From Octopus vulgaris (lineage: Eukaryota), in NCBI GenBank assembly GCA_951406725.2, contig OX597815.1:116312001-116376000 (forward strand): a stretch of 64,000 nucleotides of DNA, given 5' to 3'. The position numbers and the translations under genes were made by a program. This document shows positions 24,082-38,094 of the stretch, one piece after another. Each line of letters opens with the position of its first letter. Position 1 is the first letter of the stretch. The notes under the pieces are model-generated. The model saw nothing but the letters and a program-made list of their open reading frames with translations. It was not told where the DNA came from and did not search any database.

Positions 24082-24559
24082 TGTATGTATGTATAAATAT
24101 GTATGCATACTCTTTAGTAATTTATGTCATAGCTTACAAAAAAAGACTAACATCCTTCACATCTCTCTCAGAAGATTAATATTCATTATCTAATTATCTA
24201 ATAGTAAATGTTAACAGTTTGATATTTTTTCTTTTCTTTTTATGAAGACATATGACCTAATAGTTAGGTGGTTAAGGTGTTGGGTTCATGATCATAAGAT
24301 TTTGGATTCCATTTTTGGACCAAGTGTTGTGTCCTTGAGCAAAGCATTTCATTTCATCTATAAGCATAGGCTTGGCTGCATTGTAAAAAATTTGCTTACC
24401 AACCAAATGTTTCAAGGTTCTGTCCCACAATATGGCACCTTGGGCATGTGTCTTCTCCTATTGCTCCAGTCCAACCAAAGCCTTGATAGTGGATTTGGTC
24501 GATGGAAACTAAAAGACGTTCATTAAATATGCATATGTATGAATGGAAGTCTGTGTGTG

Positions 24560-24596
<37 letters not shown>

Positions 24597-25444
24597 GTGT
24601 ATGTGCATGTGTGAGAGTGTGTTACTGCTTCCATGCTTTGACACTGCATGGTAGTTGTGAATGAGTGTCAGCATCATGCAAGCTGTGTCATTCATGTCCA
24701 GTCTTGTGTAGAAACATGACTGGCCACAAAGAAATATTGCCTTGCTTAGAAGTGAGTGAAGATTGACAGCAAGAAGGGTATCCAGCCATAGAAAATCTGT
24801 CTCAAGAAATTCCATCCAATCGATGCAAGCATGGAAAAGTGGGCATTAAAATTATTATTATCATTATGATGACAACGATGATCTTATCTACTCTGTTGAA
24901 ATGAGCACCAACCAAATATTGGTGCAGCCCATCCCTTCTCCAGTCATATCTTTAATGGTTTAGTGGACAGATAAGTGGATGTCAGTGACTACTTGAAAAT
25001 GCATAGAAATTTTAAAGCCTTTACAAAAGTATGCTAAGTCATACTCAGTCTTTTCTTTAACATTTTGTTTATGCAAATGGAAAATGCAGATTTCTAAATT
25101 GAACAATAAAAGATTATGTAAACTGGTGAGAAAGATTACATGCCAAATGTCCAAAAAATTAGGGAAGGAAGGAAGGAAGGAAGGCAGGAAGGAAGGAAGG
25201 AAGAGAAAGAAAGAAACATGGCTATTTGGCTTATAGATTGTTTTAAAGGTGTGCCAAACAATAGTGAGTAAAGAATGCTTACTTTGTCTTGAAGCAACTG
25301 TATTTTGTCTGAATCTCATCTAGTATGTAGAAAATACAAAGTAATGCTTGGAATAAAAAAATCATTGAAAAAAACTACACTTTGCAACTTAGCATTGTAT
25401 GTTACTAAGACAGCCATTGGAGTGTGGCCATGCTGGAGCACCAC

Positions 25445-26810
25445 CTTTGAGGGTGGTGTTGGGTGCAAGATAGAGAACCTTTATAAACTTGAACTCTTCA
25501 AGGATGTCATCTTCAAAGTTAGGTGGGTGAGTAGGTGCATTGTCCAGGTTGAGAAGAGCTTGCAGGAATAGGTTATTTTCCTGGAGATATTTCTTAACAT
25601 CAGGACCAAAGATCAAATTCAGCCACTCCACAAAGAACTGCCTTGTGACCCACGTCTTCAGGTTTGCCCTTCACATAACCTGCAGTTTTGCTTTCAGAAT
25701 CTTATGTAACTTCAAGGCTCATTTATCATTTTCCAAATGATAAACAAGCAGCAGCTTAATCTCGCAGTCACCACTCACATTGGCGCACAGTGTAAGGGTT
25801 AACTTATCCTTCATGGGTTTGTGGCCTGGCATCCTCTTCTCTTTGGCATCTTCTTCCAACAAGTCCTATCTTGTCACAGTTGAAGACTTGCTGGGGGATG
25901 TATCCTTCAGCTGCAATAATTCAGCAAAAGTTTTGAGATAATCCTCAGCTGCCTTCATATCTGCACTCACTCACTCATCATGCCTGACAAGGGAGTGAAT
26001 GCCAGTCCACTTTTTAAAATTCTCCAACCAGCTCCGACTGGCTTTAAACAGCTTACCCAATGCCTCGTCCGTACAAATACCTGGGTTCTGCTGTAAGAAA
26101 TCAGCCTAAAGAGCTCGTGCCTTCTCGCAGGTCATAACTTCCATCATGGTATCTCCTGTAAACTGCTTTTCTGTCAACCACACCATCAGCAGCTTCTCCA
26201 TATTTTCACCAATAGATGTCCACTGTTTAGAAATTATTTTAACATCCTTGGCTGACATTATAGCCTTTATTGACTCCTGCTTCAATATGGTGCAGATCAT
26301 AGAAGTGCTACGTTTATACTGCTTCACCAAGTTGACTACATGCACACCTGGGTCATGATAATTTCATTCTTTAATTCAATGAACATCATCCACTTCTTTT
26401 TTTTCTCAGCACTGTTCTTCACCCTCACTTTTTTAGGACCAATGGTTAGAAAAACGAAGTTTTGCAAAAATAACTGCAAGCACAATTGCGAGCACAACAC
26501 TGATGCTTCTGTAGCCTGCAACAACTAAGTAAGCTAATGAGCCACTTGCTAATGTGCATGTTTGTCTAGCTGTCGATCTACTAATGATCTTTGCACTTGC
26601 TAACATGCATGTCTGTCGAGCTATCGAGTGAGACATGGGATGCTGGATGGATGTTACAACATTCACTGTGGCACTCACTACAGTGGGGTATATGAAGATA
26701 GCTCGTAACACAAATTTTAGCTCACAACTCAAAGCAAAAAATCGACCAAGACATGGCTTGTATCTAAAAAAACTCATTAGTTGGGATATTTGTAAGTCAA
26801 AGTACCACTG
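25445..26810 (-). mobile_element. pogo/Tigger-type DNA transposon remnant
   Basis: Minus-strand fragments: IELKNEII (psq-type HTH), MEKLLMVWLTEKQ..TCEKARAL (CENP-B HTH) and LLNLDNAPTHP..KFIKVLYLAPNTT (DDE). The end reads CAGTGGTACTT. Confidence 0.85.
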
Positions 26811-26834
26811 GCTGACTGGATGGATGGATGGATA

Positions 26835-26873
<39 letters not shown>

Positions 26874-26876
26874 TTA

Positions 26877-27003
26877 GAGACAAAACCACTGATTAATATT
26901 ATATAATATTTTACTATAAAATTGGATTTAATCCTAAATCTGATTTTTTCCCTGTAAATTTGGATTTATTCCCTGTAAATTTGGATTTATTCCCTAATAT
27001 TTA
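26877..27003 (+). mobile_element. Truncated copy of the fold-back element at 48922-49262, in (TA)n
   Basis: Shares GAGACAAAACCACT and TATAATATTTTACTATAAAATTGGATTTAATCCTAAATCTGATTTTTCCCTGTAAATTTGGATTTATTCCCTAATATTT. Confidence 0.75.
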
Positions 27004-27007
27004 TTAT

Positions 27008-27048
<41 letters not shown>

Positions 27049-27566
27049 CATATATCTATCTATCTATTTTGTCTATTTATCTGTATGCATACATACATAT
27101 ATACACATACACTTTTCCCTAATTTGGGATTTTTATTTGCATAAACAGCAACCCCAGCTGATAACTGTGAATTTTAAAATAACATTTTCCAGCTTATTGA
27201 ACATCGATATGGGAAAAATTTACAACCTTCTATATCAATAAACTACTGTTCCTGAAAGTTGTCTTTTATACCTTCCACAGAATGCTCAAAGCTTACTAAC
27301 TTCCTACACCTTGATCCTTGGATCTTACCTCTTTACATATTACATAATACACACACATACACATACACATGCAACTTTCAGTTTCTGTCTATCAAATCCC
27401 CTCACAAGGCTTTAGTCAGCCTGGGGCTATTATAGAAGCCACTTACCCAAGGTTGCCACAGTAGGACTGAACCTCAAGCTGTAAGGATGGTAAGCAAACT
27501 TTTTACCACACAGCCAGCCAATGTTTAAACTGATTAAATAAATAAAATAAGTAATCTATTGTCACT

Positions 27567-27875
27567 GGAGGTGCAATGGCCCAGTGGTTAGGGCAGTGGA
27601 CTTACAGTCGGAGGATAGCGGTTTCGATTCCAAGACTGGGCATTGTGTGTGTTTATTGAGCCAAAATGCCTAAAGCTCCACGAAGCTCCAGCAGGGGGTA
27701 GTGGTAACCCCTGTTGTACTCTTTTGCCCCAACTTTCTCTCACTCTCTCTTCATGCTTCTTGAGTAATGCCGCGATGGACTGGCATCCCATCCAGCTAGC
27801 AGGGAACACATACACCACAGAAACCGGGCCCATGAGCCTGGCTTGGCTTGAAAAGGGTGCATAAATAAATAAAAA
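27567..27875 (+). mobile_element. tRNA-derived SINE with apparent target-site duplication
   Basis: TGGCCCAGTGGTTAGGGC A box and GGTTTCGATTCC B box. AATCTATTGTCAC flanks both sides (27553-27565 and 27874-27886). Confidence 0.8.
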
Positions 27876-30041
27876 TCTATTGTCACCACCTCTGCTCTTA
27901 TCACAGTTCAGGACTTCTATCTGACAGAAGTTAAAGATTAAAACAACAAAGTAAGTTCTTTGTATTGGCTTTCTACTTTCTTTCTCATTATATATAAAAA
28001 AAAAAAACATGACATTTCAAGATGTAACACCAACTTTTGGCTACATGAAAGAATGAACAAACATTCTTCATATAAGTCAGCTTTTTCTAACTTATAGATC
28101 ATGTTACTGAATTGCAACAGATTTATTGCAGCAGGAGTGAGAGCATATCAGTTACATGACATATGTGTTTGCTTCTGTTGATTGAGCTAATTTTTAAAGA
28201 CATCTTATTCTATGCGAGTCTATAAGATAGAAATAGTGATTATGTATGGATTTGTATGTATGTACATATATGCACATGCATGCACACACTCATGCACGCA
28301 CACACACACACACACACACACACATTGTTATTTGTTTGTTCATTTTACAGACATTTTTCAGGGCTAGCATGGGTTAGAAAATATATATATCAGCAATCCA
28401 ATGATGGTTTAGCTGGTTGAAACTTCGCAATCACAATCAGCAACTTTCTTGTTTATGGATGATAAATTTGTATTCTACAAAAGTGCAAGTAACCCATTTG
28501 ATTGTTTTTATTATAATGGCATTATGCCGTGCTTGAGAAGACCCATCAAGCCGAGCAAAATTGCATTCATAGCAGATACTGGTGTCACGCAAACTGGCAC
28601 CCATGCTGGTGGCACATAAAAGCACCCATTAGGCTCTCAGAGTGGTTGGTATTAGGAAGGGCATCCAGCTGTAGAAAACCATGTCAAATCAGGCTGGAGT
28701 CTGGTGCAGCCTTCCAGTATGCCAGCCCAGTCAAACCATCCAACCCATGCCAGCATGGAAAACAGATGTTAAATGATGATGATGATGATGAACATGAAAA
28801 CAAATATTAAAATATATATGTGTGCATGTGCGTTTCTCTCTATATATATGTACATACATACATACATACATACATACATACATACATGCATGCATGCATG
28901 CATGCATGCATGCACATAAGGTGTACTTGAGTAGTAGGCTACATTCAGTGTCCAATTTAACACCACTACATGTTGGATGCCTTTAGTAGAGTTCTTTCAG
29001 TTGCAAGCACTTGGGTGACATCCTGTTTTAAGGATAGTTTCCTCTCACCCTCTTGTGTTGGAGTACCTCAGGGACTGATGTTAAACCAGATAAAAGATCA
29101 AATCAACCACTACAGCAAGATATGGCAGAATAAGAACTCAGGATAAATACCACAAAGTTTCCTGTCCAACATTCTCACAGTTGCATGAGATATTGCTGCA
29201 CTGTATTGGTACCTTCTTTTCAGTCCCAAAATCATGAAAAGTAAAGTTGGCATCAATGAGGTTTGAACTCAAAGTGTCAAAACAAACAGTACAAGTATCT
29301 GATATTCAAACAACTCAGCCAATTCATCACCTTGCAGGCATATTGATCATTTAGAGAGTTCAATATAAAATTATAGGTTTTATGGCAGACGGGACTGCAT
29401 GAAAAAATGGTAGAGAGGAGGGGACTTGGAGTAGTAAGTAGGAAAACATGAGGTACTTAACCTTTGAACCTGTGAGGAGGCTTTAGCAGGTATAATTTTA
29501 TTTAACTACAACCCTGGAAAGATCTTTAACAAAAACATGAAGATGACTCTGCTGTACATGTGTAAAACATGTAGAATCAACAAAATTATCCATTGACAAG
29601 CTCAAAAATTTGTGAATTGATGACTCTTGAATATCTTTTGGGTGATATGGCAAGACAGACACAGAAACAAAACCTTGTGGGAATAGGTGATCTTTGCAAC
29701 CTATCAAAATCTAGATCAAAAAGAGAAGATGGATTTGGGCAGGTGACATCTTACAGAAACCTGCTTCAAACATTACAAGGCACTCGATGGATATGCAAAG
29801 GGAGGTGGAGGCATGACAAACAAAAAACAACATGAAGGTCCATAGATACTGAAGCACTACTAGACAGCTACACTTGGGGACAACTGCAGTCCATTGCCAA
29901 AGACTGAAGCAGATGGCAATGGTGATCCATGCTCTACATGGGGTTAGAGGAATTAACACATACTCCTGGAAGATGCAAAAGTTGGCAACCACTTGGTTTT
30001 GTGTTTATGGCTTGATAGATGTTAAAAACAAAATCTTCTAT

Positions 30042-30460
30042 AGGCGCAGGAGTGGCTGTGTGGTAAGTAGCTTGCTAACCAACCACATGGTTCTGGGTTC
30101 AGTCCCACTGCGTGGCATCTTGGGCAAGTGTCTTCTGCTATAGCCCCGGGCCGACCAATGCCTTGTGAGTGGATTTGGTAGACGAAACTGAAAGAAGCTT
30201 GTTGTATATATGTATATATATATATGTATGTATGTGTGTGTGTGTTTGTGTGTCTGTGTTTGTCCCCCTAGCATTGCTTGACAACCGATGCTGGTGTGTT
30301 TACGTCCCCGTCACTTAGCGGTTCGGCAAAAGAGACCGATAGAATAAGTACTGGGCTTACAAAGAATAAGTCCTGGGGTCGATTTGCTCGACTAAAGGCG
30401 GTGCTCCAGCATGGCCACAGTTGAATGACTGAAACAAATAAAAGAGTAAAGAGTAAAAGA
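30042..30460 (+). mobile_element. tRNA-derived SINE, young copy
   Basis: GGCGCAGGAGTGGCTGTGTGGTAAG A box, GGGTTCAGTCCC B box, internal microsatellite, (TAAAAGAG) tail. Confidence 0.85.
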
Positions 30461-30521
30461 GAAGGATATAGTCCAATGAAATTGTGCTCAGAACAGTATG
30501 GTTGCAGGTTGACGGGATTAA

Positions 30522-30737
30522 TCCATTAGCATTTGAACCAGCCAAATCTGGCCAAAATATTCTGTTTTATGTTCAAACTGTCTGGATCTGCCCTCTCACA
30601 CCTACCCTATAATGATATTCTAAAAATAAACAATCACATCATTGAAATATCAAATCTACAAGGCAATGTATGATTAATTCAATACAATATGAATAAATAT
30701 GCATTACATTTGATAGATTAATCTGAATGCTAAAGGG
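30522..30737. mobile_element. piggyBac-like MITE (TTAA-flanked)
   Basis: TTAA|TCCATTAGCATT ... AATGCTAAAGGG|TTAA. Reverse homologue of 14324-14543. Confidence 0.65.
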
Positions 30738-31249
30738 TTAAAGTAAAAATATTTCATTCACCTCACTATTCATTCTATGTATTAGTTAAATTCAAATAAT
30801 GATATACCAAATAATTATACTGGATATTTATAATTTCTTTTACTGTCACCATCTCATGACTGAACCAGCCAACCAACCAACCAACGAACCAACCAACTAA
30901 CCGACCATCTACTGCCTATATGAATTCATTTACTCTGTAGACATTGTAAAGAATTTAGACAAGCCCAGTACTTATTATTTGGTCACTGGATTTGTTTAAC
31001 TTGAATAATTTAAAGTTGTGTAGTACCATTGTAAAGATTTAGAGAAAAATTTGTAGTCTGGACAGGTTTATGTACAATACGCCTTCCTGGTGCTCTCTTT
31101 TTTCTTCCTTCTATTTATGTTTCATATGAATGCAAACTAATGTGTACGTGTGTGTGTGCATGTTAGTCACATTCATTTGAGACATAAATAGAGAAAATAA
31201 AAGAGAACAGAGGAAAGGCTTAGTGTGTGTGTGTATAGGTATGAATATA

Positions 31250-31392
<143 letters not shown>

Positions 31393-31406
31393 TAGATATA
31401 GATGTA

Positions 31407-31617
31407 CAGGGTGGCCCAAAAGTAGATTTACAATTTTCATGTAGGCACTTTAAATCTCTTTTAAAACATTTTATTACATTTAAATTTCTATCTTACAATT
31501 AATTAAATTAGCATAGAATAATGGTTTCATATTTTTTATAATTAAGATCTAAACTGTTAGTATATGAATGTGAAAGAGATAACTGAATAACTGTATACCT
31601 GCTTTTGGTCCACCCTG
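31407..31617. mobile_element. Tc1/mariner-type MITE
   Basis: TA|CAGGGTGGCCCAAAAGTAG ... CTGCTTTTGGTCCACCCTG|TA, i.e. TIRs with a TA TSD. Confidence 0.8.
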
Positions 31618-31649
31618 TATATATGCACACACACATACATATACAGCCA

Positions 31650-33690
31650 GCCAAGGGCCTACAGACTAAGTTTGTGGGTGGTTTGATAACGTCACTCATT
31701 GATTTATGGTGGAAGGGTACAGCAGATATAGCCATAAAAGCTAAGTGATAGGTTTAGAAAGACTAGAAGAATGGAGGCAGCAGAGAGCAATACCATGTAG
31801 CAAGAAGAAAAGACAAATGTCAGATATATTTGTTGAGAAAATAAACTGAGTGTAAGAGGTTTGCACATGTTCAGCAATGTGAGGACAAGAGGTATGAGGT
31901 GTTCCTTATTGCAAAGGTGGTATGCCAGAGAAAATCAAGATGGCGGTGGCAGGAAATATAATGAGAATGATAATGTCACACTTATACCAACCAATATTGA
32001 AAATAAAGAGGCATAGAAGCGCTACTATGAAAGATTGTTCATTGTGGAAAATGTCATGGGAAAGAGAGGGCCTACTCTAAGTAGAACCAACAGAGGGGCC
32101 AGTGATCTAAGATAGCAGTAGTATGGTAGATAAAGTGATTAAGGATATGAAGGTGGGGAAGTCAGCATGTCAAGTATAGTTAAAGAAATGTCAAAAATAT
32201 CTGGCACATCATAGATGATGTGCTTATCACATGCATAGTTAATCAGGTGAACAAACCCAATGACTGGTATAGCAATATCATTGTCAATAACTACAAAAGA
32301 AAAGGAGACATGATGGGGTGCCAAAAAGTTTTTGGCTTTAGGCAAAAGAAAATATAGGAGGATCAGTTAATTAGGATTTTATTCAGCATATTTCCCTTTC
32401 GGATTAACACACTTATTGCAGTGGTCCTTCAGTTTTCCTAAGCCCTGTAAAAGAACTTGGAAGGTTGAGTCTCCAACCAGGCCTTTCATGATACTCTTAA
32501 AACCAGGAATTTTTCAGCAGCTCTTCATATACTAAAGAGAGAAAGAGTGATGCAACTGCATAAAGATTTAGTTGATTGCTCAAATATAAAAATTACTGAG
32601 GAATAAAATTATCTAAGGTGGGATGCTGTTTAGCTTTGCTCCTGGTAAGGCCACCATAAACTACTTAACAAGGAGTAAGTCACTTTACCTAGCTTTCACT
32701 AACCTGGAAAAGGCTTTTAACTGAGTCTTTTCCTCTGTGATTTGGTGGTTATTAATCAAGCTAAGTGTAGATGAATGGCTTGTAAGGCTTGTACAGACTA
32801 TGGTAAGAATTTTCAATCAACATAGTGATGAGTTTGTGTAAATTTGGGCCACATAAGGGCTCAGTCCTCAACCCCTTCTAAACAATAAGAAAAGTATAAG
32901 ACACTTGTCCATGGGAACTCCTATATGCCGATGATATAGTTCTCATAGGCAAAACTATAGTAAATTTTTTTAAATTTCAGATAAAGAAACAAAATATGGA
33001 GTCAAGAGGCCTTAAAGTAGACTTAACAGAATAAGAGAAAAGACAAGATCTTGGTATACTCTTAGAATTGACCATGCTTGATATGCAGAGATGGGGTATT
33101 TAAACTTTGTACAATGTTCTCAGTGTAAATATGCATAAGAACTGTAGAGGAATAACAGGCAGACTAACAGAAGGAAGATGTCATATGTGATAAATGCACA
33201 AGGATAATAAACACTAAGAACTGATGAAAAACAGATTCTCTCAAATACTTGGGAAGCTCCCTAGAAGTAGCTGAAATTCTTTTGTTACCAAGGTTCAATG
33301 CAGCATGTTAGTGAGATATGGGCCTACAATGCAGAGGATTTGCAAAGACTAGAGTGAAAAATTGTGGACATGCTCTGCTAGATGTATAATGTTTGTGCGC
33401 ATGAGCAATGGGGTATAAATGAGCTGAGAGAAAAGTTGCATATAACAGAAATCAGATGCTTCATTCATGCTCTCTGTATAACATACTGATATGGGTATGT
33501 GATGCACATTAAGGATGACAGCTGTATAAAGAAGTGCCACTCATTGAAGGTAAATGAAAGCTATAGAAGAGGCAGGCTAAGGAAGATTTAGGACAAAGTA
33601 GTGAAAACAGATCAAGATTTTGTATCTCATGAAGGAGATGAGAGCATTCCACAAGGATTGGCAACATGCATTGGTGGAGAAGAGGCAAAT
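31650..33690 (+). mobile_element. Highly decayed RTE-clade LINE
   Basis: CPWELLYADDIVL at ~32906-32944 and YLAF.NLEKAFN at ~32685-32722. Colinear with the RTE at 34500-36108. Confidence 0.75.
32311..32529. mobile_element. mariner-derived MITE nested in the RTE
   Basis: TIRs GGGGTGCCAAAAAGTTTTTGGCTTTA / TAAAACCAGGAATTTTTCAGCAGCTC. The minus strand retains a CVNPKGKYAE* mariner C-terminus. Confidence 0.65.
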
Positions 33691-34499
33691 ACTTATGGAA
33701 GGTGGACAAAGTGTCTGATGAAGTTTGTTTATCATCAGAAATGGAGTGGGGGGTGAAATATATAATATACAAGGCATCCATAATTAATCTGTACAATAGA
33801 AAAATAAATTTAAAAAATTAAAAATATGGATAACTCAGCAAAATTTATTGGCAAATAAAGTTTTATTAGAAACACCAGAATACTTCAGCATGGGCTCCAT
33901 TGGTTGCATACAACACATCTAGAAAATACAATGAATTTTCATTTTTTATTTTTCAGTCATTTTGACTGTGGCCATGCTGGAGCACCACCTTTAGTTGAAC
34001 AAATCAAGCCCAGGACTTATTCTTTGTGGGCCTAGTACTTATTCTATCAGACATAAACACACCAACATCAGTTGTCAAGCAATGGTGGGCAGACAAACAC
34101 AGACATATACATATATATATACATATATACTTACCACACAATGAACATTCTGTAAATATCTACAGCTAGGCTTTTCTTCAATTTTGTACTTCCAGTCACT
34201 TTCTACTACCCCTCTTGCTTATTTAAAATACCCTCTCGCCCCTCTATTGTCTACTCTTCTATTCATTGTACTATACTACTCATGTGATGAGGGAAAACAT
34301 TACCATCTCTCCATATCCAGTCTTCCCACTAGTGTCTGTATCTCTCTAACAGTTTCTCTCCTGGATAACAAGGGATTACATTGAATCTGTTAACATCCAA
34401 TACACCTCTCCATTTGCATTCTGCCACTGCTAGTTTTGATTTCCACTCCCTCAAGTCATTCTTTTATGGACATCCATCACTCACTTGCTATCACAATCT

Positions 34500-36108
34500 T
34501 GGTTATCACTTATTTGGTGACAAAGTGATGGTGACAAAGTGCTGAGCGTGCCCACAAGAGACAGGGATCAGAACATAAATGGGATGGTCGAGTAGAAGAA
34601 GAGAATGACAGGGCATACCCTTGAGGTACGGAGGTATTAATATAAGTGGCAGGACATTGCCAAAGAAGCATAAGCAAAGAGTGGGGGAGAGGACTGCAGT
34701 GAGTGGTGAAAACCTGGGTATATAGAGGGGTGGGAGGCTACCAGATAGCAGTGATTCAGTGAACAGGGCCATAAGGACAGGATTGGGGAATGAGAGGTGA
34801 GCATTGTGCATGAAAGAGATGTGAGGAAGAGAAGAGATGTAGTTTGGTTTGTTGGGGTAGAGCGTGTAAAACATTTTCTTATTACATGTGGGTAGAACCC
34901 ACAGCGCTTTGTTGTGGTAGGGTGTGTGAGAAGTTTTCTTGTTAAGTGTGGACACACAGTGCTTCTAGAACTGTTTCACTGATGTGGGCAGGTCTTCTCA
35001 AGAGCTTCATATCACCAGCCATCTTGGTCCATTGTCGTTTCCTCTGTGAAACCCAACATCCAGAGATCGGTTCTCACTACTTCATCCCATGTCTTCCTGT
35101 GTCTCCCTCTTCTGCGGGTACCATTCACTTTCAGTGACCAGCACTTCTTTATGCAGCTGTCCTCATTCATACACATCACATGTCCAAACCGATGTAGTTT
35201 TCTCTCTTGCATACTGCATTTGATTCCTCTAACGCCCAACTTTTCTCTCAATACATTTGCACTTTGCCATATATGTGCATTGATATTGTACATGAAATGG
35301 AGTATACTACCTTCATTTCTCTCTAGTCTATGTATGTCTTCTTCATTCAGAGCCCATGTCTCATTACCATGGAGTATAGCTGTTCATACACAAGCATCAC
35401 ACAATCTACCTTTCACTATTAGATAGAGTCATTTTGTTGCCAACAGTGGTAATAGCTCTCTGAACTTCCTCCATCCTATTTTATTCCAGAAAAAATACTT
35501 TCAGAGCATCCTCCACTATTACTAATTTGGTCACCTAGGTAACAGAAACTATCTACAACCTCAAGAGAGCCTCCTGGACATTTGAAAGAAACAAAGTCCT
35601 GTGTGCTCTTAGTGCTTATTGTTCCTGCGCATCTGCCACATAGGAAGATGGCTTTATCTATTAATCTCCCTGTGATTCCATTGCACCTCTTATGTGTCTA
35701 TAGCTTACACTGGGTGCAGAGAATGGAATTACTTGCAAATCTTTTCCTGCATATTGAGCAGGGCCATTTACCTGACAGAAAGAGAGTCTTATCTTCTTTC
35801 TTGTCAATAACAACTTTGGTCATTGCTAGGTTAACTTTAAGGCCCTTTGATTTCAGGTTTTGCTTCCATATCTGGAATTTCTTCTCCAATTGTGCTAAAG
35901 ATTTTGCAACAAGAGTGAGGTCATCAGCATAAAATAGTTCCCACGGGCATCCAGTTTTGAAGGCCTGGAGGACTATAATGAATAAGAGTGGGCTGAAAAG
36001 TGAACCTTGGTAAACCCCTACTTGTACGCTAAATTCACCATTGTATTCATGGCCGACTCTCACCTTACTGACAGCACCACAGTACATGGCTTGTACTCCT
36101 AACTTCCT
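34500..36108 (-). mobile_element. RTE-clade LINE remnant (RT C-terminal half + 3' UTR)
   Basis: Reads VRVG..FSVQVGVYQGSLFSPLLFIIVL, GCPWELFYADDLTLVA, GLKVNLAMTKV and RFGHVMCM..GTRRRGRHRKTW. Confidence 0.9.
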
Positions 36109-36109
36109 G

Positions 36110-36146
<37 letters not shown>

Positions 36147-36249
36147 TACTGTTTGGGCTAAATTTGATAGTTTGCTTAAAAGGAAAAGAAAACAATATTC
36201 TATCCAAAAATAAAAGTTTTTTTTTTTTTAAATCAAAAGATATATATCA

Positions 36250-36960
36250 ATCTACTCAAAGTAGCTGCCCTCAGCTTCCAATGTGGCTACAAAATGACCC
36301 ACTGTGTCCCTGGGATGATCCTCAAACACCTCCTTAATCTTGGCCACCTGCTTGGCCTTGGTGATGCAGGCAGAGTGGTTGGTGTCTTATTCATTTGTGA
36401 TCCACACATAGTAATCCATGAGATTACAGTTGGTGAAATGAGGAGGCCAGAAATTGGAGCTAGTGAAGACTTAGAAATAATTCTGAAAACCACTTCTGAC
36501 TCTTTCCAGAAGTATAACAAGGAAGTGAATCCTGCTGTCACATCAACAGTAACCCACTCCAGCCAGGGATTGACCACAGTCCCTAGAAGCTTCTCATAAT
36601 GTCTGAATTCAGCCTAATGCCTTGTTTAAAGATGTAGTAATAAATTCCAGCATGTGGGTGACCGACACAACATCTGCTGTGTCCCTTCCTGTTGGACACA
36701 GCTTTGTAGGCTTTGCAGGCGACCATGTCACATCTTACAGCCTTTACAGTGTTCACAAAGCATTAAGCAGCAGTCATGATGTTGGCATTTTGAAACCTGG
36801 TACAAATTATAACGATACAGGTAACACTTTTTCAATATTCAAACGGCTTCCAATCCTCCAAGTCAGCTAATTTTTTCTCAGATACAACTTTAATCTTTAT
36901 GCTCTCCAACGCTAGTGACTGTTCACCGATACATCAAGCTGTTCCTGAAAAAAGGAGACA
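36250..36960 (-). mobile_element. Tc1/mariner-superfamily (DD37D-like) transposase remnant
   Basis: Minus strand across frameshifts: QQDSLPC, NFWPPH..NCNLMDYYVW, LEAEGSYFE*. Confidence 0.7.
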
Positions 36961-37404
36961 TAAATATATCAAATTTAGCCCAAAAGCCCTGTAAGTGTGT
37001 GTGTGTAAGCATGCATACATACACACATACATACATATATTCTACTGAAAAGTGGTTGGTGATAGGGAAGACACCTAACTGTAATAGCTGTGCCAATAAA
37101 GCATCACATATCACAAAACAGAGATGGGTGGTTTCTCAGTTGCTGTGTATTAAATCATGAACTATGCCAAGTGGTGACATCATTATGAGATCCATCTAAC
37201 TCATGCCAGTATGGGGGAAAAAAAAACAGATGTAAACTGACGATGATAATGATAGATGATATACACATACATACATACATACATACATACATACACAGGT
37301 AGACAGACAGATATGTGCGTGTGTGTATGTGTGTGCACACACGTATGTATAATGGGAGAATGAGAATGTGATAGTGAGAAAAGAGTATACACACACACAC
37401 ACAC

Positions 37405-37477
<73 letters not shown>

Positions 37478-38041
37478 TAGATAGATAAAATTTTGTGCGT
37501 GTGTTGGGAAAATGAGAACGATGAGTGTCTGTGTGCATGTGCGAGTGTGTACATACATACAAACATGCATGCACACACACGCGCGCGCGCGCACGCACAT
37601 ACACACACGAATGTACACACACACCTACATATACGCACGCATGCTTCACTGAATTTTTTGCACGCAGTTCATACGATTTTTTTACGCCTAAACCTTCTCA
37701 CTGACAGAGAAACTGGAAAAAATTCAAACTCTGTGCAGCATAAGATTTCATGAAATTATATACCTAAGGAGATATACTCACGAGGTGTGTATAAACATAT
37801 GTTATGTCCTAATGTAGACCAGTAGACGTTACACACCTATTTTTAGATCAGTTACTTTTCTGTAAATTAATCTCAGTAACAGCCGGTGGGCGGGAAACTG
37901 AATAACACAAATTGTTAAGTGAGGATATTTTACAAATGTACCTAGATAATTACTTTTTTATATTTGCTATTGAGAAATGCACGTACACACGCGCGCGCAC
38001 GTGCACAGAAGCACATACCTATACATATTCGTGTACATACA

Positions 38042-38093
<52 letters not shown>

Positions 38094-38094
<1 letters not shown>

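Noticed and set aside
36287-36870. Non-repetitive-looking ORFs as a host gene
   Set aside because: Minus-strand frames give Tc1/mariner transposase motifs with stops and frameshifts.
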